Below are positions 1 to 9,721 of a stretch of DNA of 22,520 nt, piece after piece. The stretch comes from Eledone cirrhosa. Lineage: Eukaryota. The notes below the pieces were generated by a model that was not told the DNA's origin, made no database searches, and saw only the letters and a program-made list of their open reading frames with translations. The number at the start of each line of letters is the position of its first letter. Position 1 is the stretch's first letter. Position numbers and translations under genes: made by a program. The DNA is taken from positions 1 through 22,520 of the forward strand of contig CAXHJY010001393.1 of the NCBI GenBank assembly GCA_964016885.1, read 5' to 3'.

Positions 1-36
1 AAACCCCTTCTGAATCTCTAAGAATTATTTTAACAT

Positions 37-269
37 TTAACTTTTGGGATACCTGGATACCTAGCAACCAGAAATTGCTGATGGTTCTACAATACAAAAC
101 TTTATATTCATCTAAAAACCTCCCATCATAATTTTATGTGAGAATCTTTGATAAGTTATGTTCTAAACACTAGCTTAATGAGAAAGTTATTTATTTCTTT
201 ATTATTTTAAAATTATTTGAAAATCATAGGCAGTGTCTTTCCTTGAAAATATGACAATGAGAAGTTTAA
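37..269 (+). mobile_element. Diverged TTAA-bounded MITE-like repeat (second family)
   Basis: TTAA-like ends. Core TCTAAAAACCTCCCATCATAATTTTATGTG is the near reverse complement of the sequence at ~668-698. Confidence 0.6.
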
Positions 270-522
270 AAAAGAGGGTTTCTACATTGTAAGGAGTGGG
301 GCACAACAAGTAGCTCTTAAAGAATGGTGATGTGGGTTAAAGTTTGACAACAATAGTTTCTTTCAAATACATAAATCATTGTCTTATTCATTGGTCAACA
401 GTTTCATAATGATTTCTTTGTTTCTTTTAAGGCAAACAAAAGTAATAATTGCTTTCAATGATACCAATATGGTATTTAGTCATGTCCCCAATTATTCGGA
501 TTTTAAATACCACTGGGGTTCA

Positions 523-769
523 TTAACCTGCCCTTTCGTTACTATATTTCTAATGAAAAACACTGATTTTCTAATAATTTTGAAATTAATCAACAATTTG
601 GATAGATTTAGTAATAATATAGCTAACGTTCTCATTATTAAGTTGATGTTTGGAACATATCACTGTCATACATTAAATTATGGTGGGAGGTTTTTAGATA
701 AGTATAAACACTTTGAAATGTATCAAAGAACTAGGGTGGCTTCAGAAGGTTTAGTATCAAAATAGATAA
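523..769 (-). mobile_element. Inverted second copy of the MITE-like repeat at 37-269
   Basis: Starts TTAACCTGCCCTTTCGTTAC. Contains AATTATGGTGGGAGGTTTTTAGA and TTAAGTTGATGTTTGGAACATA, complementary to segments of 37-269. Confidence 0.6.
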
Positions 770-917
770 CTTTGCCTTTGCATTCTATTCCACCATTGTT
801 GTACCAGTAATATACTGCAGTATATAAAAAGGAAAGATTATCATCAAATCAGACCAAGAAAATGTTTCCATTAGTCTTTCTATTACTGATATTATCTGCT
901 GATTGCAACTCCTGTCA

Positions 918-1029
918 GAAGGCGCAATGTAAAACAGTTTTGCTCAAGGACACAATGAGCTGCCTAGTCAAGGAATTGAACTCATGACCTTATGATTGTG
1001 AGTTCAACATCTAAACACTGGTCATGCCC
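918..1029 (-). mobile_element. tRNA-derived SINE family A (CORE-like), partial
   Basis: TTGCTCAAGGACACAA..GGAATTGAACTCATGACCTTATGATTGTGAG is the reverse complement of a B-box-containing tRNA head plus a CORE-like GTGTCCTTGAGCAA segment. The same motif recurs four more times in the window. Confidence 0.7.
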
Positions 1030-1167
1030 AGAATAAACAAAGTAGCAGTAATATCTTGCAGTATATAAGGAAACAGCAATAGCCTATTGAGCTGGTTGAC
1101 TACTTATGGTTCAAATGACTATCATATAGTTTAATATAAAAAAATTATTCATTACAAATGTTCCATT

Positions 1168-1170
<3 letters not shown>

Positions 1171-1220
<50 letters not shown>
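1171..1220. repeat. (GT)25 microsatellite
   Basis: Directly visible. Confidence 0.98.
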
Positions 1221-1221
<1 letters not shown>

Positions 1222-1237
1222 GGACCTCATAAAATTA

Positions 1238-1458
1238 ATGTGTACCCTTAAAAGAGTTTTCAGAGAGATTCAGCATGAAGCATGTGTATGATAAGTCTAA
1301 CCCTTTGAATAACAGACAACTCATTTTTTCCAGCTGAGTTGACTGGAGCAATGTGAAAAAAAGTGCCTTGCTTAATGACAATGCACCACTGGGAATTGAA
1401 CTAATAGCCATACAATTGAAAGCCAAACACCTTAATCACTAAGTCATTTGCCTTCACA
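1238..1458 (-). mobile_element. tRNA-derived SINE family A, longer copy
   Basis: CAGCTGAGTTGACTGGAGCAATGTGAAA..GTGCCTTGCTTAATGACA..GGAATTGAACT..CTTAATCACTAAG. Its tail segment is shared with 3095-3225. Confidence 0.7.
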
Positions 1459-1469
1459 TATATATCTAT

Positions 1470-1845
1470 ATTATCATCCTCAGTCTTACAATCATTTTCC
1501 ATGTTGAAATGGGTTGAACAAGACTGAAATTAGACAGGTCAGGTGACCACATCTTAATCATACATTTCATTTTGGCATGGTTTTTTATGACTGGATACCC
1601 ATCCTAATGCCAACCATTTCACAATGTAGTTTTTGAATTTTAATGTAGCACCAGAAATACCATCTTACTAAGTGGACTGGATGTAATTTAGCATGGCACC
1701 AGCATTACCTTTTACAGAGTGTACTGGGTGCATTTTATAGCACTAGCATTACCATTTTACAGAGTGAATTAGGTGCATTTTAATGTGACACCAACACTAT
1801 CACTTACAGAGTTTACTCAGTGCCTTTTCTTATGGAACCAGCACT
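1470..1845 (-). mobile_element. (CAT)n-tailed SINE-like family C with an internal segment amplified five times in tandem
   Basis: CTGGATACCCATCCTAATGCCAACC matches CTGGATGCCCTTCCTAAC at ~20022 and ~20519; ~45-48 bp tandem units follow at 1614-1844. Confidence 0.6.
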
Positions 1846-2544
1846 TGGAAGATCATTGTGTCCTAGACCAGGAACAAAGAAATAGTGCTGGAAGGAGAAG
1901 ATAAGAGCATAGCGAACATTACATTTGAGAGGGGGGGGGACTGCATGTTGCTTGCCAAGAAAGTCGTTATTCAGAGAGGGAAGGAGAGAGAGCTAGTGTT
2001 AGGTCACAGATGTGGTTTTGTAGAGAAGGTATCAACTGGCAGCTTAAGGTAGATTCATGAATTGTAGATACATACAGAGCTAAGATACCCCTCTTTATGT
2101 GTGGGTAATATCTTTCCGTGTATGGGCATCAGAGAGCTGTCGAAGGCTGACAGAACACAAACTATCCTCCACTTATGTGGGCAGTATAAGATGGGTGAGG
2201 ATGATTTGGATAGTAAGGAAGGAAATTAAAGATGGTTGCAGGAGACAAATAGGGTGGGGATGTTCAAAAAGGACGAAATGGCATAGCAACATTGACATCA
2301 ATGCCAATATATGTCTCAGTCTCTATAATAAACCCTCTCCTTATATTCATTTTATCCTGCTTGCATGTAGTTTTGCAAATCATCAGTTAATTGGATCATA
2401 TTCATACAAGGAGCATGCCCCATAAAATCAGTGATTCTGACAAGATAGTTTTGTTTTATCTTGAGCTCTAATTTCAATTATACCACTTCAAACGTAAACC
2501 TAATATAACTGTATTTTTGCAACCCTGTGTTTTGTTTCCTTTAT

Positions 2545-2548
<4 letters not shown>

Positions 2549-2586
<38 letters not shown>
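2549..2586. repeat. (TA)19 microsatellite
   Basis: Directly visible. Confidence 0.98.
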
Positions 2587-2587
<1 letters not shown>

Positions 2588-2779
2588 CCTGCAATTGCCA
2601 TATGCCCTTTCTAACAAATATATCAACCCTGTACTTAATTAAAAGAAATCAATATTTCTTATCATAAAAAAAAATAGAAAAATAAAAATGAAATTTACAG
2701 CTCACGCTTAAGTTTAACTGGCCTTCTACTATAAGTATCGCACAGGTTTCTTAATTTTTTTTAATGACAGTCCTATCAT

Positions 2780-2880
2780 AAAAACAATGAAGCATGAATC
2801 ATCTTGCTCCAGAACTCAATGAGCCGCCCGGTCGAAGAATCGAACCCACAAGCTTATGACTGGATATCCAACACTATGCA
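2780..2880 (-). mobile_element. SINE family A, partial
   Basis: TCTTGCTCCAGAACTCAA..GGTCGAAGAATCGAACCCACAAGCTTATGA; CpGs are retained in this copy. Confidence 0.6.
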
Positions 2881-3094
2881 CAAATTAAATGAAATTACCC
2901 TAACCATGAATTGAAACAAGTCTACTGGAAGAATAAATATAGTTTCCTGATAACATTAATATGGAGACTTAGAAATTCCAAGTTGGTATTCAGCAGGCTG
3001 TAAGACAACCGAGTATGAGGCACACCTTAGCTTTCGTTAAGTCATATCTATCTAGAAGAAATAGAATGAACTGTCAGTTTCGACTATGAATGTT

Positions 3095-3225
3095 GTTTGA
3101 TCAACGGAACAGTCTGCTTGTGAAGTTAACAAGTGGCTGAGCATTCGACATTACACGTGTACCTTGAACATAATTCTCAGAGAGATTCGGCATGACACAA
3201 AGTGTGACAATGCTGAACCTTGAAG
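3095..3225 (-). mobile_element. SINE family A, tail fragment
   Basis: GTGTACCTTGAACATAATTCTCAGAGAGATTCGGCATGA aligns with ~1240-1278. Confidence 0.55.
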
Positions 3226-3771
3226 ATCATGATGCTCCTAATACTCCCGAGAGCTTGTCACCTTTACTAAAACCACAAATCTTGCCTCTAGATCATGCCA
3301 AAATGAGATAGAGAGTCTGCCAGGTCTGGTGTTGTGCAGGCAGTATTGAACCTAGATTTATTTACGAGCTTTGCTGATTTTCTTTAGTCAATGATGGAAA
3401 TTCCTCAGACACAAGTGGACAGTCAATCTATACACAATACAACGTCGGTTTTCTTTTCATCATCATCACGTGTGCGTGCGCGCGCCTATGTTTGACAGAT
3501 TTGTGGTTAAATTTACCTCATATCAACTATTCATTCACGTGGTTAATATAGACCTACCCAATTTATACAATTAAATATATTTTTTTTTAAATAACGTTAT
3601 CCTAATCACATCATCGATAAAACGGAAAAAAAGAGACCCGTTCACAACGGCTTTAGAAACTAGTCGAGAGAATTTCGACCCACCACCTATCAATATACGT
3701 GTCAAAATGCTCTTAAGACATTTTTCAGTAACCTTTACAGGAAGGGATGAGGGGGTGGATATGTACGTAAT

Positions 3772-3803
<32 letters not shown>

Positions 3804-4519
3804 CATACAGATACATTGATATATATTCATTAACACAAATTTGTGTGTATATATCTTACTAGGTGGTATATACGATCCCCTTTTCCTCCCACAAAAAATG
3901 GTTTTAAAAATATTATCCAGGTGAGAAGCTGAGGTATCAATAACATTAAATTCTTACACGTAAACACGGAAGGAAAATTTTCTCAGTATGTCCTGCAAAA
4001 ATGGAGGCGGGGGGGCTCATAGCTGACACATCAAAATTATATTCATATCGCTAAAATATTTCTCTAAGGAGGACGACACGACACAGTAGAATGTCCTGTT
4101 GACACAATCTTCCTAAAAGTTACATGTAGGTTAATTACATAATGACAATATGATTTTAAGATTTCACATATAACATAGTCAGACAAAACGAAAGGACTGA
4201 TTAAAAAGTAGAGGATGTGGATTTTTTAGTCGTTACAAAATGCTTGGCGTTATGAAAGCAGCTATTATGACAATGTACATATATATGTAAAAATATATGT
4301 ACACATATACAAATATACGCACATATGTATGTACATATCTACAAATGCACGTACAGATGTAGAAACATACGTATATATGCATAAATATACGTGAATACAT
4401 ACAAAAATACAAATAATCTATATAGAACGGGTGAGCTAGCACGTATGTGTAAAATTCGTAATTATATATATGTGTGTGTGTGTATGTGTGTAAGTATTCG
4501 TGTAAGTATGAGGTATATT

Positions 4520-4820
4520 CTGGATGAATTTAAGTATGCATATATGTATGTGGGTGTTTTGATTATTTAAGTATGCATATATGTGTGTGTGTGTTTTAGT
4601 TATTTAAGTATACATGATGTGTATTTTCTGTTTGTTCAAATATGCATATGTGTACGTGTATCTTGAGTATGTATATGTATGCGTATGGTGTGATCTGGTT
4701 ATTTAATAATATATATGTGTAAGTATGGTGGTTTCATATTATTTAAGTATGCATTTGTGTACATATTGGGGTGAGTGTGTATACATTATGGTTATTTAAG
4801 AATGCATACGTGTGTGTGTA
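4520..4820. repeat. Degenerate minisatellite anchored on TTATTTAAGTATGCA
   Basis: The anchor or close variants recur about seven times, separated by variable TG/TA-rich spacers. Confidence 0.75.
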
Positions 4821-5511
4821 TATGGAAAATGTATCAAAATGTGTAAAATAGATCCGCAGTTGTAAGGCAACGCATTAATTACAAGTGCCACTACAGAAGG
4901 TTTTCATATAGAAATAAATTATATCAAACACAGAAAATAAATGATTATGGTGATGGTGCATATGAAAATTTCATTTATATTCTCTATCTTGCCAATTTAA
5001 AAAAAATACATTTATACAAAACAATTTATATAACTTGATTATTTTGCAGATTTAAACATTCATGATAAAATAATATATACCAAAGGAAATAACAACTATA
5101 ATATATATAATATATTTTTTTTAAATGTGCATTTATATATATAATATATATATATAAATGCACATTTTTTTTTTACAAAATACAAAAGCAAATTTTGTAA
5201 GGGGTATAGTTAGTTGGATTGACACGGCACGGATATATTACTGGTAGTAATTTATCTAGACAATCCCGAAACGATGAAAGGATGAAGTCAACATATTCGA
5301 AAGAACATGAACATAACTAAAAACATCCAACACCGAAAGATTTCGCTCCAACTTATCTACATGTTAGATGAGTATTTTAAAAAATGGTTTCAAACGGTGT
5401 GTTGTGATGTTCATTCGGGGTCTTTCTGAAGAGATTACAACTAGAAATCGAACCAAAATTCTGCTGTCAATTCACCGAGGAAACATTGGCATATGTCATA
5501 ACAATAATAAG

Positions 5512-5735
5512 AATAATGGTTTCTGATTTAGACACAAGGCCAGCAATTTTGAGGGCGGGGGGGGGGGGGGGGGTCGATTTAATCGACCTCAGTGCGTGAC
5601 TGGTACTTTATTTTATCGACTCCGTAAGGATGAAAGGCAAAGATAAACTCGGCGGGATTTGAACTTAGAACGTAAAGGGCCGTAACTAAATATCTCGAGA
5701 CATTTAGTCCAACACGAGCGATTCTACCAGTAACG
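5512..5735 (-). mobile_element. tRNA-derived SINE family B (central domain resembles Meta-SINE type, from memory)
   Basis: ACAAGGCCAGCAATTTT..G-run..CTGGTACTTTATTTTATCGAC..AGGATGAAAGGCAAAG..CGGCGGGATTTGAACT (reverse-strand B box GTTCAAATCC). Multiple copies in the window. Confidence 0.75.
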
Positions 5736-5799
5736 ATGATGATGATTTCTGACACTAACATAACAGAAAAATAATAATTAGAAAATCTAAAATACGTAC

Positions 5800-6099
5800 C
5801 TGTTCCGCAGCTTTACGGAGTTGTTTCTCCCTTTCGTATTGTGTTAAGAGCTGCTCATTGTCATCTCGCAACAGTTCCAACTCGACCTCTATTTGTTGCT
5901 TGTCTGAGAATGCCATATCTAAGTTCTCCAGAATGCCAACCACTAACGGCATCAATTCTTTGACAACGTCCTCGTCATATTTTTTGATCATCCGTTCGAA
6001 CTCCTTGTAGATGCTAGCTGCCAGTGTCTGCACCTTCTCCGACATAACGTGTCCTTCCTCCTGGGTTCCATACACAGTTTCCCCCATATCAGGATCCAT
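5800..6099 (-). CDS. MAPK8IP3: First coding exon (100 aa) of a JNK-interacting protein 3/4 orthologue (JIP3/JIP4, Sunday driver/UNC-16), N-terminal RH1 domain; the gene continues leftwards beyond the window
   Basis: Translation [85 protein letters not shown] matches the recognisable JIP3/JIP4 N-terminus. Kozak-like ACCATGG at 6099. Phase-0 donor CAG|GTACGT at 5800/5799, after which similarity stops (VRILDF.. is intron read-through). A single invertebrate gene would be co-orthologous to MAPK8IP3 and SPAG9. Confidence 0.95.
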
Positions 6100-6367
6100 G
6101 GTTGTTGTTTTCTATATTCTTCGGTTATAATAATATAGTTTTTTGTTGATATATTTATTTTAAATTTTTATGTTAATTCCACCACTGTAAGACGTTTCTT
6201 TGGTTTGTAAAGTATGTCCTGATTTCTCAAATTGTCTGATTAACTAAATAATATATTTATCACCTTTAATTTTTATTCTTTTAATAGGTTTAAATAACAG
6301 ATAGTCTTTCGATTTACCCCTTTTCTTCTGTCCCTTGGTCATGAGGAGTGTTTTTTCTTTATATTTA

Positions 6368-6377
<10 letters not shown>

Positions 6378-6419
<42 letters not shown>
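6378..6419. repeat. (TA)21 microsatellite
   Basis: Directly visible. Confidence 0.98.
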
Positions 6420-6424
<5 letters not shown>

Positions 6425-7293
6425 TGTTGTATATATAATCTGTTTTTTTTTGTACGAAATAAAAGAAAAAACGAACTCAAAGGAAAATAAAGCTGAATGT
6501 GGAGAAGAAATACGTGTGTATATATATATGTAGAATTTAAAAAAATAATAATAATCTAGCTACCCACCCATAGAAAGTAACCAGCAAATATTGCTGGCGA
6601 AGCCGAGACTACCGTGCTTTCTCGTCAGTTCAGCTTGTCACTAACGAGAGAGAGAGAAAGTGTGAGTTCACGGTATATACGTAATATACATATATCCCCT
6701 TATGTGTTTATATATATATAGATATATAGATATATAGGTGTATATAATGTGTGTAAATTGTATTTATAATATAGTACATATATAATATATAGCGAAAAAA
6801 CATTCACAGATTTGCCAAAGTGTAAGTTAGTCAAAGAAGTGCTAAAATCATGAAATGACGGAAGCAAATTATGTAAAAGTGACCAAAGATGAAAATAACG
6901 AGCAGAGCGCGGTACAAAAAAATTAAACAAACAAATCGAAGTGCTCAAAAGAAATTATATATATACATATCAACAATGTAAATGGTAACGCGGAAAACAG
7001 TTAAATAGTGTTCGGGTAGAATATTTAAGAAGCAGCAATCTGTTGGTTTAGTGGATATGGTTGTTGCAGTTGTTTGATGTAAAAGAGAAGCAGTGATAAT
7101 AACTGCTGTTGCGCTCGCTTCTTTTTCTCTGTGAACCTTGTCGGCAATAGCAATGCTACTAGGAGAACGAGGACGAAGACCAGGATAACCGGGAGCAAAA
7201 ACGAGGAGACCATCTCCGTTTTATCTTCATACCCAGCCAACCAGCCATGGCATATTGATCTCCATTCAAAGTCGCTTCATCATTACTGTTAAG

Positions 7294-7303
7294 GCGCATG
7301 CGT
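7294..7303. promoter_or_regulatory. NRF1/Ewg-like palindromic motif, candidate JIP3 promoter element
   Basis: GCGCATGCGT (consensus GCGCATGCGC) lies ~1.2 kb upstream of the JIP3 ATG in a CpG-retaining region. No TSS evidence is available. Confidence 0.35.
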
Positions 7304-7398
7304 TAGATGTGTGTTTTATCTTCAGTGACATTTGTCTACTGCTACTCGATTGGCATACATACACATGTATGTATGTTTGCCACACATACATGTATGTG

Positions 7399-7401
<3 letters not shown>

Positions 7402-7433
<32 letters not shown>
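7402..7433. repeat. (AT)16 microsatellite within (CA)/(TG)-rich flanks
   Basis: Directly visible. Confidence 0.97.
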
Positions 7434-7441
<8 letters not shown>

Positions 7442-7845
7442 ATGTATGTGCGTGCGTATGTATTCAGTTGATAGATTGAAACCTAACTTACTTCTCAGAA
7501 TGGTATGGCCCACGAGGAGCGGCCTTTACATTTACCTATTTATCAGAAAACCACTTCTAATAAGAAACCCCTGAGTACTGACAAAGCGGACGGTGATTAA
7601 CCAGGAGCTCGTAATCTATCCGAGCTCGTGCCGTGTGAATTTGTTTTTTATATTTCTCTATTCTTCTTCTTAACACCTTTAATGACTATAATATATTACG
7701 GCTTAGGAGATAAGGAAATGCGATTGTTGCAGCCAGCTCGTGATTATTTAGACTAGACAATGCTGTTAAATTTAATAATTTAATTTTAATTGAATATACC
7801 TTACGTTTTGTCAACCGACCTTTAAACGCTGCTAAATCGTACGTA

Positions 7846-8020
7846 ATAATGGTATCTGATTAAGACACAAGGCCAACAATTAAATTGATATAAGTACTTT
7901 ACTTTATCGACCTCCGTAAGGATGAACGGCATAGTTAACCACGGCGGGATTTGAACTCAGAACATAAAGGGACATAACTATATGCCGCAAAGCTCTACCG
8001 ACACTGCCAATCCACCGCTT
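7846..8020 (-). mobile_element. SINE family B
   Basis: GACACAAGGCCAACAATT..TTTATCGACCTCCGTAAGGATGAACGGCA..CGGCGGGATTTGAACTCAGAAC. Confidence 0.75.
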
Positions 8021-8222
8021 TTAAATCTCACATAATAATACAGGTTGTTTTTAAATGGTAAACATTTTCATCATATATATATATAAGACAAAGTATGAGT
8101 CCGACGGCAGAGCTCAAGCCGTTTCGACGGCTATTTCTGGACTCATTACCCACTCTACTACCCTAAGTATTGAGTACTCTGGTGCGTTATGGTCAATCTG
8201 GTTCCTTACCACAACTCCTTCG

Positions 8223-8223
<1 letters not shown>

Positions 8224-8288
<65 letters not shown>
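8224..8288. repeat. (TA)~32 microsatellite
   Basis: Directly visible. Confidence 0.98.
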
Positions 8289-8290
<2 letters not shown>

Positions 8291-8291
<1 letters not shown>

Positions 8292-8364
8292 GTGTAAGTA
8301 TTGTAATGAGTTACTGCTCGACGGCAGTTTAGACGAAACGGTAACTCATTACAATACTTACACC
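8291..8364. repeat. Perfect 24-bp inverted repeat with a 26-nt loop
   Basis: GGTGTAAGTATTGTAATGAGTTAC (8291-8314) and GTAACTCATTACAATACTTACACC (8341-8364) are exact reverse complements. Confidence 0.95.
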
Positions 8365-9577
8365 CTCCTATCTTCTGTAAAGCGTACTAAGTTAAACAAT
8401 GGTCTCAGTAGCCTAATCAAGTAACTCCCAATATATATTAATGGAAACCAAAGGCTTTTAGAAATTCAATTCATTTTTTAATTCTACAAGCGTTTCACTG
8501 AGCTTCCCAGCATCTTGTTTACTTAACACTAAGTGGATGTCTCCGTTTATAAATATATGTATATATATATTTAATAAAAGGTTTCCCTACTAGTTCATCT
8601 TGAAAACGACTGAAATTATATCAAGATATTCTTCTTAATTGTACAGCGCTTGCTATTCCAAGTTATTGTTAAATGATAAATATTTATATTTCTGATAAAC
8701 TACCTTTTCTCTTTCAACAAGTGTTCGCTTCACCAAGTAAAAAAATAACAAACAAACGCACACATTTCGTTGAGTGCGTAAAAAGCTTCCATAATAACAT
8801 TTCTTTTTTTCTTTTTCATTTATTTACCCAAAAGAAATTGTTAATAAGGTGTGTCCAGTACATTTAATCTCACCCTCGCTAGTTCTTCCCTTTATCTTTC
8901 AATTTTAATTGTGTTGTAATCAATGCCCACTGGACACTGGTATGAATTATAGTTAAGTGGGTGTCAGCATATCTAATGTATGTATCATTCATTAAACAGC
9001 TGAAGTAGAATAAACTATGGGATTAGAAAATAAAAATATTTGTCTATGACTAATACATAACATCATTTTCTCTTTTAAGTACGGGAGACAACTCTGGGCA
9101 TATTTTTGCTTCGTTGAGTATCATTAGCGAATTAAATTCTGTCCGTAACTTATCAAAGTGAAAGCAAGAGAATTACGTAAAGGTGCAATACGTATTATTT
9201 GTTGACATATAGATATATTGTTTAGAAATTAAATAATTCTTTGAATCTCTTATCATTATCATTTTGTTTATCCCTACTTTTCCCGACATAGCTTCCTTCC
9301 ATTTGTCATCATCTCTGTGAGGTTCAGGATTTTAAGATCAATTCTTCCCAAATCTTCCTCTACTAAAACTTGTTTCTACAGAGATTTTTTTGCAAATCAC
9401 CCAAAAATCATTATCTATCCCATGTCCATACCAGCATAATCTTCTCTCTGGCACATATCTTTCAACTCATTTGTGTTTTGTCATTCATGAACACAAACAA
9501 ACACATGTATTGGAAGGCAAAGAGTGATGAAGCCTATGAGCAAAAATTGGTTATAAATCTGTCACATGTTAATGAAT

Positions 9578-9648
9578 AATAATTGTTTCTACTTGAGGCA
9601 CAAGGCCAGCAATTATTCAGTACATTACTGGTACTTTATTTTATCGGT
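9578..9648 (-). mobile_element. SINE family B, short 3' fragment
   Basis: GGCACAAGGCCAGCAATT..CATTACTGGTACTTTATTTTATCG. Flanked on both sides by GTTAATGAATAATAAT, a possible target duplication. Confidence 0.6.
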
Positions 9649-9721
9649 TAATGAATAATAATAAAGGAAATAAGTTATAACATATATCGATTATCTTATC
9701 TTTTTTTTTATAGATATAAAC

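Noticed and set aside
379-765. 128-aa ORF
   Set aside because: TTG start, no recognisable motif, and it largely overlaps a non-coding MITE-like repeat.
2099-2425. 108-aa ORF
   Set aside because: GTG start, antisense within the JIP3 intron and no recognisable domain; probably old repeat-derived sequence.
1614-4820. CRISPR-like arrays at 1614-1844 and 4520-4820
   Set aside because: Eukaryotic context, degenerate repeats, no unique constant-length spacers and no cas genes.
5512-5735. tRNA genes suggested by B-box motifs here and in the other SINE heads
   Set aside because: The motifs sit in multi-copy SINE bodies and no cloverleaf can be built.
5755-5799. ORF-track C-terminal extensions of the JIP3 exon (VRILDF..) and of the AtuA-like exon (15963-15997)
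   Set aside because: Both lie beyond canonical GT donors and are intron read-through.
8300-8350. Hammerhead ribozyme (CGAAAC-G-GTA next to a stem)
   Set aside because: The required CUGANGA core is absent on both strands (closest is CTGCTCGA), so it was not called; the structure is kept as a finding.
9339-9365. Candidate left TIR of the hAT fossil (CAATTCTTCCCAAATCTTCCTCTAC)
   Set aside because: Only partly complementary to the right end, and the flanking 8-mers (TTTAAGAT vs CTCTATAC) do not form a TSD.
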